From positions 224,001 to 288,000 of the forward strand of contig CAVWVI010000004.1 of NCBI GenBank assembly GCA_963758495.1: 64,000 nucleotides of DNA, given 5' to 3'. The position numbers and the translations under genes were made by a program. Shown one piece after another: positions 48,337 to 58,646 of the stretch. The first letter of the stretch is position 1, and each line of letters opens with the position of its first letter. The notes beneath the pieces are model-generated. The model did not search any database. It was given only the letters and a program-made list of their open reading frames with translations, and had not been told where the DNA came from. Source of the DNA: Oligoflexia bacterium (GTDB lineage Bacteria; Bdellovibrionota; UBA1018).

Positions 48337-48738
48337 GTGGCTCAATCGCTCAAACATGTCCTATGGGTCGAAGATGATGATAATTTACGAGATCTCATCT
48401 CAGATATTTTAAAAATAGAAGGCTATCATGTAACCGCCACTAAAAATGGCATTGAGGCATTACTCTATCTCAAACAAATGACACATCCCGACCTCATACT
48501 GCTCGATATCATCATGCCTCTCATGGATGGAAATGAACTTCTTTCTTATTTAAAGAACTATCCCTATCTTCAAAATATTCCTGTTATTATTCTCTCTGCA
48601 TTAGATCGAAAGATGTATCAATTTAATTCAGAATATGAATTTCTAGAAAAACCCATTGAACTCGACTTACTCTTAGCAAGAATTGCAAACCATTTCATCT
48701 CCAATTCAACCCCCTCAACAATTATGTGCAGTTTATGA
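48337..48738 (+). CDS. Single-domain response regulator receiver
   Basis: VEDD, PDLILLDIIMP.MDG, SA and KP. Confidence 0.9.
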   Translation: MAQSLKHVLWVEDDDNLRDLISDILKIEGYHVTATKNGIEALLYLKQMTHPDLILLDIIMPLMDGNELLSYLKNYPYLQNIPVIILSALDRKMYQFNSEYEFLEKPIELDLLLARIANHFISNSTPSTIMCSL

Positions 48739-49889
48739 CCGTATCCTCAGCTTTTCATACTAATGTAGAATTTTTGTTACATGAGACCCAAAAACTCCAT
48801 CAAATACTCGAAATTCAGACCATCATGAGAGCCTTGGTTCGTACGGCCATTCGGGTCACCTGTGCATCCTCAGGAACCTGGGGAAAAGTCAATGATGACA
48901 AGGTATCTTTTTCTGAATTGATCTCAACCCAAGAAGTAACCCCTATTCATTGGAACGACAGATTGAACCACCTCCAAAATATCTCCGGACTACTCCATGC
49001 TGTAAATATTCCTGTGGTCATGAGAGATCAATCCCTATTCGCATATTTTGAAATATACACAAATGAAAATCAGTTTAACTTTCACTCGGCCGACTTATTG
49101 ATACTCAACAGAATGGCATCCCATGCCTCGACTGCAATCGAAAATACACAATTACTTACCCAACTAAAAAGTACTGAAAATAGCGTGAAAGAAGCCGTTC
49201 TCATTCGAGATGAATTCTTGTCTATTACCGCTCATGAATTTAGGACCCCACTGACTACGATTACATTAGGAGTGCAAAGCCTCAAGCGAATCGCAAATGG
49301 CGATCAACTCTTCAAAGCCTCTGCTGAAAAACTTGAGTACTTAATTAATATTATTGGCGATCAAAACCAAAGACTTAATAATTTAGTCAATAATTTACTA
49401 GATATTTCTCAAATGAGCACCGGAAAATTTATAATTCATCCTAAAAAATTAAACCTTTCTCCATTGATTGAGAAGGTTATTTCGGAACTTTCTGAGTCCT
49501 TAACTTTGGCGGGCTGTCACGTGGAATCCAATTTAGATTCTGAGATCAACTGCAACTGTGATCCTTTTCGGATTGAACAAGTCATGATTAATCTACTCTC
49601 AAATGCCATCAAATATGCTCCTGGAAGTCCCATTGTAATCACGACAAAAAAAAATAAAGACTGGATTCAACTCAATGTGCAAGATTCTGGAATGGGCATT
49701 GATCAGGAGAATCAAAAAAAAATATTCACCCGCTTTGAAAGAGGCATGTCAAGCCGAAGTACAGAAAGTGGTGTAGGGCTGGGGCTTTATATTGTTCGCC
49801 AAATTGTAGAAGCTCATGGAGGCACCATCGACGTCCAAAGTGAGCTAGGAAAAGGATCTCTTTTCACCGTCAATCTCCCGCCTCAATAG
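48735..49889 (+). CDS. Sensor histidine kinase with GAF-like N-terminus
   Basis: RDEFLSITAHEFRTPL, QV..NLLSNAIKY, DSG.GI and GLGLYIV. ATGA overlap with the receiver gene. Confidence 0.9.
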   Translation: MTVSSAFHTNVEFLLHETQKLHQILEIQTIMRALVRTAIRVTCASSGTWGKVNDDKVSFSELISTQEVTPIHWNDRLNHLQNISGLLHAVNIPVVMRDQSLFAYFEIYTNENQFNFHSADLLILNRMASHASTAIENTQLLTQLKSTENSVKEAVLIRDEFLSITAHEFRTPLTTITLGVQSLKRIANGDQLFKASAEKLEYLINIIGDQNQRLNNLVNNLLDISQMSTGKFIIHPKKLNLSPLIEKVISELSESLTLAGCHVESNLDSEINCNCDPFRIEQVMINLLSNAIKYAPGSPIVITTKKNKDWIQLNVQDSGMGIDQENQKKIFTRFERGMSSRSTESGVGLGLYIVRQIVEAHGGTIDVQSELGKGSLFTVNLPPQ

Positions 49890-49898
49890 TCCCACAAA

Positions 49899-50708
49899 TT
49901 AGGGTTCAGACCGCCCCTTTAATCCGCTCCGACGCACCCAGAAAGAAATGAATGCCGGACAATACCTCTGAATCAGTGCTGCTACCTTACCGTGCAAAGT
50001 AATAATTTGTTCAGCTCGTTTCGCTCGAACTGCCGAGACAATCTTTTGAGCGGCTTTCCGCGTTGGCATCTCTAACCACGAAGCCGGACCTTTCCCTGCT
50101 GTTGTATGGTACTTTCCTTGATTATCGACATGCCTGATTTCACTCTCGACAAATCCTGGCGCAATCAAAACTACTGAAACACCCAAGGGCCTGAGTTCCT
50201 GAGTGACAGAATGAGCGAGGGCATGAATCGCAAACTTACTCATGCTATAGGGAGAGTTTCCAGGTAACGAAATATAGCCCGCCACACTTCCTAAAAGAAC
50301 AAGGGTCCCATGAGTCTTTTTGAGCTCATCTAAAGTTGCGTAGAGGGTGCGCAATACTCCAAACACATTCGTTTCAAATTGACGTCGATAGTCTTCGAGT
50401 TTGAGTTTTTCCACATCTCCCACCACACCAAAACCCGCATTGGCAACGACTACGTCAATTCTACCCAGTTCTTGAATAGCGGTTTGTACCGCTCTTTCAA
50501 GATCTCCATCTCGGGTCACATCGCATTCTACGGGTATTGCCTTTTGACCTTTTTGAGTCAGCTCGCAAGCCAAAGCCTTTAATCGGTCTACTCGACGGGC
50601 CGTCAAGACCAAACTCGCACCCTTTTGGGAGAACTCCCGAGCTAATGCGAGGCCAATTCCAGCAGATGCACCTGTTATAAAAACAACTTTATTTTCAAAA
50701 GGCTTCAT
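49899..50708 (-). CDS. SDR family oxidoreductase
   Basis: ITGASAGIG, ANAG and YSMSK (YxxxK). Confidence 0.92.
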   Translation of the reverse strand: MKPFENKVVFITGASAGIGLALAREFSQKGASLVLTARRVDRLKALACELTQKGQKAIPVECDVTRDGDLERAVQTAIQELGRIDVVVANAGFGVVGDVEKLKLEDYRRQFETNVFGVLRTLYATLDELKKTHGTLVLLGSVAGYISLPGNSPYSMSKFAIHALAHSVTQELRPLGVSVVLIAPGFVESEIRHVDNQGKYHTTAGKGPASWLEMPTRKAAQKIVSAVRAKRAEQIITLHGKVAALIQRYCPAFISFWVRRSGLKGRSEP

Positions 50709-51996
50709 CGATGACCCCCAACAATTCTCGGATCGTGTTATAAATGTAATCTAGCTCCTGCTCCATAATACAGTAAGGAGGTAAAGCATAAAGCACATTC
50801 CCTAAAGGTCGAAGTAAAACATTTTTCTCCAAAGCTAAATTCAAAAAACTACGTGGTTTGGAGGAAAAATAATTTAGGTCTTCATTGATTTCGACAGCAC
50901 CGATTGTACCTAAGCATCGTGCTGCTTTGATTCGGGGGTGGGACTTCAATTGATCTATGTGTTTTCGCGTGATCCTTTCAATCATTGAAATTTGCTCTCG
51001 ACATTCCACACTTTGCAGTAACCTCCAAGACTCCACCCCCGCTGCGCAAGCAATGGGATTGGCAGTATAGGAATGGCCATGAAGAAAAGCAGTTCGAATT
51101 TCCTTCGATAGGAACGCATTGTAAATACGATCGTGGGCTAATGTGACCGCCAACGGTAAAAAACCCCCAGTAATTCCCTTTGAAAGACACAGTAAATCCG
51201 GCTTGATATCCGTATGCTCAAATGCAAAACACTTTCCCGTTCTATAAAATCCGGTAAAAACCTCATCGCAAATCGCAACTACGCCTTGAGACTGACAGAG
51301 CTTGACTGCTTCTTGCAAATAATGTGCATCATACATTCTCATTCCTGCCGCACCTTGAACTAAAGGTTCAAAAATAAAGGCGGCATAAGAATCTGAATTC
51401 TGATTTAATATTTGTTGAAGTTGCTTGAAATCGCCCGGATTTACAAAATCCACTTGAGGCATCAGTCTTCTGAATTGAGTATGAAACCCTGAGGGCTCTC
51501 CCACAGCCATCGCACCCAAGGTGTCACCATGATAAGAATGGGATAATGCGAGAAACCGTTCTCGCGGTTTCCGACCTAAATTTAAATGATACTGGTAAGC
51601 CATCTTAAGAGCAACTTCGACCGCTGTAGACCCATTATCAGAATAAAAGACCCTACTGAGTCCGGCATTGCGAATAGGACCATATTGAGTCAAAAACTCT
51701 GCAAGTCGCACTGCTGGGTCATGAGTAAACCCAGCAAAAATCACGTGCTCTAATTGCGCGGCTTGGGCGGCAATAGCACTCACTATTTTGGGATGAGCGT
51801 GACCATGAAGGTTGACCCACCAAGACGAAATGCCATCCAAAATCTCTCGACCATCCGCTAATTTTAAATACGCCCCTCGAGCTGAAACCACAGGTAAAAC
51901 TGCTTGATTCAGACCGTGTTGAGAATAAGGATGCCAAATCACTTGTCGATCGCGTTCAGCCAAACTTAATGTTTCCATCGCTTTATTTGTCGCCAT
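50695..51996 (-). CDS. bioA: Adenosylmethionine--8-amino-7-oxononanoate transaminase
   Basis: IWHPYSQ, SSWWVNLHGH, YHGDT.GAM, DEVFTGF, SKGITGG and HGHSYTANP. Confidence 0.96.
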   Translation of the reverse strand: MATNKAMETLSLAERDRQVIWHPYSQHGLNQAVLPVVSARGAYLKLADGREILDGISSWWVNLHGHAHPKIVSAIAAQAAQLEHVIFAGFTHDPAVRLAEFLTQYGPIRNAGLSRVFYSDNGSTAVEVALKMAYQYHLNLGRKPRERFLALSHSYHGDTLGAMAVGEPSGFHTQFRRLMPQVDFVNPGDFKQLQQILNQNSDSYAAFIFEPLVQGAAGMRMYDAHYLQEAVKLCQSQGVVAICDEVFTGFYRTGKCFAFEHTDIKPDLLCLSKGITGGFLPLAVTLAHDRIYNAFLSKEIRTAFLHGHSYTANPIACAAGVESWRLLQSVECREQISMIERITRKHIDQLKSHPRIKAARCLGTIGAVEINEDLNYFSSKPRSFLNLALEKNVLLRPLGNVLYALPPYCIMEQELDYIYNTIRELLGVIDEAF

Positions 51997-52651
51997 AGAT
52001 CATCCTGAGAGTAGAGGTTGAAAAATAATGAGTGCATTGATCAGCAACGAGAGAAGGTGATAGATTCTCAAAAAAGGGGATCCGAGCTAACACAGGTACG
52101 CCACCTGAAAACTCCGTTAAAATAGAAGTAAGCCCGACATTTTCATCACCGATAAGTACAATACCTACAATTTCAATATTTGATTTTTTTGCCGCTTCGA
52201 TGGTCAATAAAGTATGATTGATCGTTCCCAGCCGGGTAGAAGATACAATTAATAGTTTTAAATGGAGGACCTGTATCAAATCACGGATGGTTTGTTTGGC
52301 ATTGAGCGGAACTAACAATCCACCCGCACCCTCTACCACCCAATTTCGGTGATCAAGACCTTTCCAAACTTTTACAATTCGATCCAGTTCAATTTGCGTA
52401 TTCTCTGCTTGTGCTGCCTGATAAGGCGCCGCTGGTAACGAAAGCTGATAGACAGGCTTTGGCCATTCGAAAGCAGGAATTCCAGATAAGTGTGAAACTG
52501 TCAGAGTATCCAAATCAGAACCTGTCTGAATTGGCTTAAAATACCCCGGCTGCAAATCAAAAGAACGAAGGGCAGATACCAGAAGACTACTGACCCCTGT
52601 CTTTCCAATTCCTGTATCTGTACCTGTAATAAAAAGACCTGATTTGTTCAT
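51983..52651 (-). CDS. bioD: Dethiobiotin synthase
   Basis: FITGTDTGIGKT, KPIQTG, VEGAGGLLVP and LGTINHTLLT. Confidence 0.96.
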   Translation of the reverse strand: MNKSGLFITGTDTGIGKTGVSSLLVSALRSFDLQPGYFKPIQTGSDLDTLTVSHLSGIPAFEWPKPVYQLSLPAAPYQAAQAENTQIELDRIVKVWKGLDHRNWVVEGAGGLLVPLNAKQTIRDLIQVLHLKLLIVSSTRLGTINHTLLTIEAAKKSNIEIVGIVLIGDENVGLTSILTEFSGGVPVLARIPFFENLSPSLVADQCTHYFSTSTLRMIYGDK

Positions 52652-52686
52652 GAACTTTTTTCCAATGATCTAGTTATGCGCTTTAG

Positions 52687-53844
52687 CTAGGTTCTTATAC
52701 AATGTTCCATTGCAATCGCTAAATCTTCAATCTCCTGAGATGAATGACTCCAGTTCGTCGTAACTCTCAACCGCGCACTTCCCTCGGAAACTGTAGGAGG
52801 TCGAATAGCGCGAATATCATAACCGCCCCTTTGCAATCTCTGAGATAGCTCAAAAGTCCGGAGGTTGTCTCCAACTATGACTGGAATAATGGGTCCATTT
52901 ACATTGGGAATTAAATACTTCCCTTTTAGGAGGCAAGTTAACCTCTTCTGTAAATATTTGGAGTTTTCAAACACAGCCTCAGCTCTTTGAATTCCTACTT
53001 TTCTCCAATAAGAAAGAACTGTTTTCAACAAAATAGCCATAAAGGGTACAGGTGCAGTGGAAAATATAAAAGGCCGCGAAAAATTAACTAAGTAGTCTTT
53101 GAGAATTGCGTCGCCACATACCCACGCTCCGGCTGCTCCAAACGCTTTCCCAGCGGGATGAACTGTGGCGAATACTCTTGAGCTGAGATTCAAGGATTGA
53201 ATTAATCCTCCGCCTAAATTCTGTTTAAAATCTCCCCAAAGACCGGTAGCATGGGCTTCATCAACCACAAGCAGAGCAGAAAACTCCTCAGCCAAATCGG
53301 CAAGTTCTTGTAATGGAGCAATATCTCCGTCCATACTAAAAAGACTTTCAGTTACAATGACCTTCAGGGATTTTTCCTGAGCTGCAGATACTTTTAATAA
53401 ACCTCTGAGTGCCGATGTATTACCATGTGGATAGATGACTTTATGTGCACCACTTAATCGTACTCCATCAATAATCGATGCATGATTGAATTGATCTGAA
53501 AATACAATATCCTCTGGCCCTAAAAGTGCCGAGAGGAGTCCTATATTAGCCTGATACCCTGATGGAAAAATGAGTGCGGATTCACGGCCACAGAAATCAG
53601 CTAAATGCTCTTCGGCCTCCTCGAATACTTTTAATTGTCCTCTTAATAATCGTGATCCGGATGACCCCAGGGGAATTTCCTTTAACCACTCGGAGAGCAT
53701 TGACTTCAAATTTTCATCTTGGCTAAAGCCTAAATAATCATTTGAAGAAAAATCAACTCCGTTCCTAGACGATAAAATCCGTCGACAAGAAGCTTGATCG
53801 AGCTTTTCAAGACGACTTTTTAGTAGCCTAGAGGAATCGCTCAT
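52687..53844 (-). CDS. bioF: 8-amino-7-oxononanoate synthase
   Basis: FSSNDYLG, GSRLL.G, NHASIIDG, ES.FSMDGD, DEAHA and IRPPTV...ARLR. Confidence 0.94.
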   Translation of the reverse strand: MSDSSRLLKSRLEKLDQASCRRILSSRNGVDFSSNDYLGFSQDENLKSMLSEWLKEIPLGSSGSRLLRGQLKVFEEAEEHLADFCGRESALIFPSGYQANIGLLSALLGPEDIVFSDQFNHASIIDGVRLSGAHKVIYPHGNTSALRGLLKVSAAQEKSLKVIVTESLFSMDGDIAPLQELADLAEEFSALLVVDEAHATGLWGDFKQNLGGGLIQSLNLSSRVFATVHPAGKAFGAAGAWVCGDAILKDYLVNFSRPFIFSTAPVPFMAILLKTVLSYWRKVGIQRAEAVFENSKYLQKRLTCLLKGKYLIPNVNGPIIPVIVGDNLRTFELSQRLQRGGYDIRAIRPPTVSEGSARLRVTTNWSHSSQEIEDLAIAMEHCIRT

Positions 53845-54803
53845 TGCACCCATGAGTTTGCCAAATCGGACTCGAAGGAAGTGGCCTTCAAGCTCGAAAG
53901 CAAAACTTGATCCTCATCCATTGTAGGATTAGGCCGAGTCAAAAGCTTTTCCCCCAAAAAGATCGAGTTCGCTCCTGCAAAAAATGCAAGAATCTGAGCT
54001 TCTTTACTTAGGGAGAGCCGACCGGCAGACAAACGAACTCTCGATTTTGGCATCAAAATTCGAGCAACTGCTACTGTTCTCACCAACTCTACCGGATCAA
54101 CGGGTGTCGAATCTTGAAGAGGCGTGCCTTCTACAGGGATCAATAAATTAATTGGGACTGACTCAGGCTGAGGATCTAGGCTTGCCAACTCCGAAAGCAT
54201 GGCACAACGATCCTGAGGAGTCTCACCCATTCCGATAATTCCACCACTACAAATGGTGAGTCCGGCCTGGCGAACTGACTTGAGGGTATTGAGTCGATCA
54301 TCATAAGTGCGAGTCTGAATAATTTTCTCATAATACTCTCGGCTGGTATCCAAATTATGATTATAGGCATCTAATCCAGCTTCTTTAAGACGCTGAGCTT
54401 GTGAAGGATTTAACATGCCGAGGGTTACGCAAGCTTCAAGGTTTTCCGCTTTAATAATACGGACCATTTCCAAAACTCGGTCAAACTCAGGACCATCCTT
54501 CACATTTCTCCATGCAGCGCCCATACAAAACCGTTGAGCACCACCCGCTTTAGCTTCTTTAACCGCAGTTCGAACCTGCTCCAAACCCAGAAGACCTTCT
54601 TTTTCTAAGCCCGTATTGTAATGAGCAGACTGTGGACAATAGGAACAATTCTCTGGACATCCCCCTGTTTTAATCGACAGGAGAGTACACTTCTGAATGT
54701 CCGCAGGATCATGATTTGCACGATGAACACTGTGTGCTTCATAAAGAAGATCCATAAGGGGCTTGTGATATAAAACCTGGGCTTGAGCTAAGAAGTCGTT
54801 CAT
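53841..54803 (-). CDS. bioB: Biotin synthase (radical SAM)
   Basis: KTGGCPENCSYCPQS, YNHNLDT, PESVPIN and VRLSAGR. Confidence 0.97.
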   Translation of the reverse strand: MNDFLAQAQVLYHKPLMDLLYEAHSVHRANHDPADIQKCTLLSIKTGGCPENCSYCPQSAHYNTGLEKEGLLGLEQVRTAVKEAKAGGAQRFCMGAAWRNVKDGPEFDRVLEMVRIIKAENLEACVTLGMLNPSQAQRLKEAGLDAYNHNLDTSREYYEKIIQTRTYDDRLNTLKSVRQAGLTICSGGIIGMGETPQDRCAMLSELASLDPQPESVPINLLIPVEGTPLQDSTPVDPVELVRTVAVARILMPKSRVRLSAGRLSLSKEAQILAFFAGANSIFLGEKLLTRPNPTMDEDQVLLSSLKATSFESDLANSWVQ

Positions 54804-54940
54804 AAGGATACCTTTTTTTCGATTAGCCCCATAAATGCCAGGAGTTCACAGAGAATGCAACCGTTCTTGACCTGATAGATAACACCCTGTGCCACATTTT
54901 AAGATACAAAAACCGGATCAAAACTGTTAAGCATACCCTC

Positions 54941-55342
54941 ATGGGCGGCACTAATCCTTATATGAAATCTACTGAGGTCAAACGACCTCAGCAAAAGTTT
55001 ACAATTACTTATCTCCCTGAAGGCAAAACCATTGAAGTAGACCCTCAGGATATGCCTTCAAGTGCCACTGGCTTGCCAGGCAGCGTTTTAGATATCGCAT
55101 TGGCCTCTGGAATTGATATCGATCACGCCTGTGGAGGCGTCTGTGCTTGTTCTACTTGCCATATCGTCGTTCAAAAAGGCCTCGAGTCTTGTAATGAAAG
55201 CACGGAAGAAGAAGAAGATCAGCTTGAAAAAGCGCCTGGCTTGACACCCCAATCACGCCTCTCCTGCCAGTGCGTGCCGGATGGAACCCATGATTTAGTG
55301 GTTTTAGTTCCGAATTGGAATCGCAATTTAGTCCGAGAATAA
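54941..55342 (+). CDS. fdx: 2Fe-2S ferredoxin (adrenodoxin/ISC type)
   Basis: HACGGVCACSTCH...SRLSCQ. Confidence 0.9.
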   Translation: MGGTNPYMKSTEVKRPQQKFTITYLPEGKTIEVDPQDMPSSATGLPGSVLDIALASGIDIDHACGGVCACSTCHIVVQKGLESCNESTEEEEDQLEKAPGLTPQSRLSCQCVPDGTHDLVVLVPNWNRNLVRE

Positions 55343-55387
55343 TGCATCTTATTGATCTATAAAATTTTGAAGGCTTTTGGATGAGTT

Positions 55388-56095
55388 ATGTATTTTAGAA
55401 TTCTTTACCAAGATCCATACCTAGTCGCCATTGAAAAACCTGCTGGATACCACGTTCACCCACCAGAAGATTCAACTCATCGAATTTCCCCTCTCACAAA
55501 TTGCCTTCACCTTCTAGGAAAGCAGCTCAATACCTATCTCTATCCGGTTCATCGTCTAGACCGTGCCACTTCGGGAGTTCTTCTCTTTGCGCTCCAGAGC
55601 GAAACGGCTCGGGAACTTTGTCAATTATTTCAGAATCAAAAAATAAAAAAAACTTACATCACTGTAGTCAGGGGTTGGACACCTGAAGCAGCTACAATTG
55701 AACATCCCCTTCGGTCAGAAAATGATCCTGACCAAAGACTTGAATCGGTCACGGCTTATGAAAGAATTGCAAAAATGGAAATCCCATTTCCCAACGGACG
55801 CTTTTCTTCTTCACGTTATTCTCTCCTTCATATAGAGCCTCACACAGGAAGAAGACATCAAATTAGGCGGCACTGTCAACACATCTCCCATCCACTCATT
55901 GGAGATACGATTTACGGAAATGGAGAACACAATCGTCTTTTTCGTGAAAAACTAGAAATCAATGGCCTCCTCTTAAAAGCTTATTCTGTAGAAATGATTC
56001 ATCCTCAAACGGGAACGCCACTGAGAATAACCTCACGCTGGAATGGCATGTGGCATCAGTTATTTGATCTTTTTGGAGTTTGTCCCTATGTCTAA
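55388..56095 (+). CDS. truC: RluA-family pseudouridine synthase, TruC-like
   Basis: KPAG..VH, HRLDRATSG, RYSL....P.TGRRHQIRRH..HISHP.IGD..YG.G.HN. Confidence 0.8.
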   Translation: MYFRILYQDPYLVAIEKPAGYHVHPPEDSTHRISPLTNCLHLLGKQLNTYLYPVHRLDRATSGVLLFALQSETARELCQLFQNQKIKKTYITVVRGWTPEAATIEHPLRSENDPDQRLESVTAYERIAKMEIPFPNGRFSSSRYSLLHIEPHTGRRHQIRRHCQHISHPLIGDTIYGNGEHNRLFREKLEINGLLLKAYSVEMIHPQTGTPLRITSRWNGMWHQLFDLFGVCPYV

Positions 56096-56146
56096 GGTAA
56101 GTAGTTCCTTTAGGGTTGTTGACAAGCACTGCAAGGAGTTTTAAAA

Positions 56147-56845
56147 ATGGCGTTAAAAAAACAATCTCTTGTGGTTCACTCTGGCGGAATGGATTCAAGT
56201 CTCTGTTTAGCGCAAGCTATCCATGAATTCGGCAAGGAAAATGTATTGAGCGTTTCTTTCTCTTACGGACAAAGGCACTCAGTTGAATTGGAACGCGCAG
56301 CATTGATCTGTAAAGTATGGAACGTTGATCATACAGTATTAGATATTACCTGTCTCAATCAGATTACCGAAAACTCACTCACCCACCATTCTCTTCCCAT
56401 TATTACCAAACAGGGTGAAGCTCCAAATAGTTTAGTGGTTGGACGTAACGGCTTAATGGCTCGAATTGCAGCCATTCATGCTCATCATCTAGGAGCCCAT
56501 TCGATCTATATGGGAATTATTGAAGTCGAATCTGCCAACTCAGGCTACCGAGATTGCTCACGAGACTATATGAATAAAATGGAAGAAATCCTCAGAATAG
56601 ATTTGGATGACCCTTCTTTTGAAATTAGAACTTCCCTCGTAAAAATGACCAAACGTGAAACCATGGAATTCGGTTTTCAACAGGGCGTATTGAAACTCTT
56701 ATTAGAAACTACCATTACCTGTTACAACGGTTTAGAGAAAATCGGCTGTAAACAGTGCCCTGCTTGTAAATTGAGAAATGAAGGGATACTGCAGTTTTTA
56801 GGCGACCACCCTGATTTCGAATTTTCATATCGAGATGAGTTCTAA
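56147..56845 (+). CDS. queC: 7-cyano-7-deazaguanine synthase
   Basis: SGGMDS, YGQRH..EL, GY.DC and TCY.G....C..CPAC.LR. Confidence 0.93.
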   Translation: MALKKQSLVVHSGGMDSSLCLAQAIHEFGKENVLSVSFSYGQRHSVELERAALICKVWNVDHTVLDITCLNQITENSLTHHSLPIITKQGEAPNSLVVGRNGLMARIAAIHAHHLGAHSIYMGIIEVESANSGYRDCSRDYMNKMEEILRIDLDDPSFEIRTSLVKMTKRETMEFGFQQGVLKLLLETTITCYNGLEKIGCKQCPACKLRNEGILQFLGDHPDFEFSYRDEF

Positions 56846-56850
56846 AACCA

Positions 56851-58368
56851 TCACGAGAGGGGGTCACGATCGGGGAGAGCTGCAGGCAAGGTAAACCAGA
56901 AAGTGCTGCCCGCCCCGAACCGACTTTCAACACCGATTTGTCCGCCATGCGCCTCGACGATGGCCTTGGAAATACTCAGGCCGAGGCCGGCCGAACCCTT
57001 ACCTTTCCGGCCAGTTTTAGTATAGCGCTCGAAAATGTGTGGCAAATACTCTGGCAAAATGCCTGGACCCGTATCGGTGATCCAGAATCGAATCATGTCT
57101 TCACATCCCTCCACGGATACTGTGATACAGCCCTCGCTAGGGGTAAAACGAATCGCATTCCCCAGTAAATTGAAAAAGACCTGAAGGATTCGATCGTGAT
57201 CACCGAGGGCACGGAGCCTCTGACCTCCGGCTGTCTTGAAATCGAGGCGAATCGACTTTTGCTCGGCTATAGGGCGCATCGTGCTTGATACGGCATCGAA
57301 CAATGACACGATGTCCTCAGGTCTTTTATCAAGACGAAAACTGCCTGCCTCGAAACTTGCCAAGTCCAGAAGATCACGGACCAGGCGTTCCATACGATCT
57401 ATTGAGCCAGAAAGGAGTTCGACCAGCTTCTGCAGCATGCTATCTTTTTCAACCATCTTCGCCAGGGCGGAAACACTGAGCTTGGCTGCCCCAAGAGGAT
57501 TCTTAAGATCATGCGAAACGACCGCAAGCACGTGCTCACGCCCCTTCACGGCCTGCTCCAGCTCAGTAAGCAGTCGGATGCGCTCCTGCTCTCTTTGCTT
57601 CTTTTCAGTGATGTCTTCAGAAATCCCCAGAAGAAACTCAGGATTGCCCTGATGATCGAGAATTGGGATCTTTTTGGTGTGAAGAATACGGGTGCTCCCG
57701 AAACGCGTCTGGAGCGATTCTTCAGGGATATCCAATAGCTTCCCCGATGAGAGAACTTCGCGATCCATTTTTTGGAAGAAATCAGCTTCGGCCTTAGGAA
57801 AGAAGTCATAGTCTGTCTTCCCGATCATTTCCTCCCGCGACCACTCTGTCATTTTTTCAATCGCACGGTTGAAGAGAACGAATCGCAAACTGTTTGCGTC
57901 TTTAACGAAAATCGGGTCGGGAAGATTTTCGACAATAGAGTCAACCAGACGCTCTGTTGTTGCCAACTGAGCCCGCTCCACCTCCGCGTATTTGAGGGCC
58001 GAGCGAAAAGAAGCACTCAAAAAAACGATGGGTAGCCCCACTCCGTCGAAGAGCACCCAGGGAGCCATGCTGCCTGTCTTAAACAGATAAAAACCGGAAG
58101 CGGTGGCAAGAAACAAACTGAAAACACCAGGTCCAAATCCAGCCAGGAGAGCACTGAGGACCCCTGCTGCCAAGAGGATCGTCTGAGTCGAATTTCCGCT
58201 CCAAGATTTGAGCAACCAGGAGAATTCTAGGGCTAGTGCGGTGATCGACACAACAGCGCCATATCGGACAAAAAAAGATAAGTCAATCCGTCGGACCCAC
58301 TGAGATAGAAACATATTTACGCGGTCAATCGTGCATACCCTGTTCCTTAACTCTACCAGCCATAACAT
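56851..58368 (-). CDS. Membrane PAS sensor histidine kinase
   Basis: N-terminal TM bundle, PAS, VSHDLKNPL, NLLGNA, DTGPGI and GLGLSI. Visibly higher GC than neighbours. Confidence 0.92.
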   Translation of the reverse strand: MLWLVELRNRVCTIDRVNMFLSQWVRRIDLSFFVRYGAVVSITALALEFSWLLKSWSGNSTQTILLAAGVLSALLAGFGPGVFSLFLATASGFYLFKTGSMAPWVLFDGVGLPIVFLSASFRSALKYAEVERAQLATTERLVDSIVENLPDPIFVKDANSLRFVLFNRAIEKMTEWSREEMIGKTDYDFFPKAEADFFQKMDREVLSSGKLLDIPEESLQTRFGSTRILHTKKIPILDHQGNPEFLLGISEDITEKKQREQERIRLLTELEQAVKGREHVLAVVSHDLKNPLGAAKLSVSALAKMVEKDSMLQKLVELLSGSIDRMERLVRDLLDLASFEAGSFRLDKRPEDIVSLFDAVSSTMRPIAEQKSIRLDFKTAGGQRLRALGDHDRILQVFFNLLGNAIRFTPSEGCITVSVEGCEDMIRFWITDTGPGILPEYLPHIFERYTKTGRKGKGSAGLGLSISKAIVEAHGGQIGVESRFGAGSTFWFTLPAALPDRDPLS

Positions 58369-58564
58369 AGGACTAACCTAAGCTTTTATCGTCACCGCAA
58401 GTAGCGGTGACTTAAGACAACTTTCACCCATTTCTATTTCTATTTCTATTTCCTTTAGAAATTTAAGCTCCAATTATGGTATTAATCATTTACTGTGCTG
58501 AACAGTAAATGAAACGCCTAAGAAACGACCTGAACTACATGCAACGAGAAGAACCGAATTTTTT

Positions 58565-58586
58565 TGGTGGTTCCGGAAAGAATCGA
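58565..58586 (-). repeat. Degenerate copy of tRNA-Leu 3' end (att-like remnant)
   Basis: TGGTGGTTCCGGAAAGAATCGA versus TGGTGGCTCCGGAGAGAATCGA at 63687-63708 (20/22). Confidence 0.75.
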
Positions 58587-58646
58587 GGAATTTTCCAAAC
58601 TGTTTCCAAATTTTGAAGTTCTAAAAATCTCATTTTGGAACAGCGA

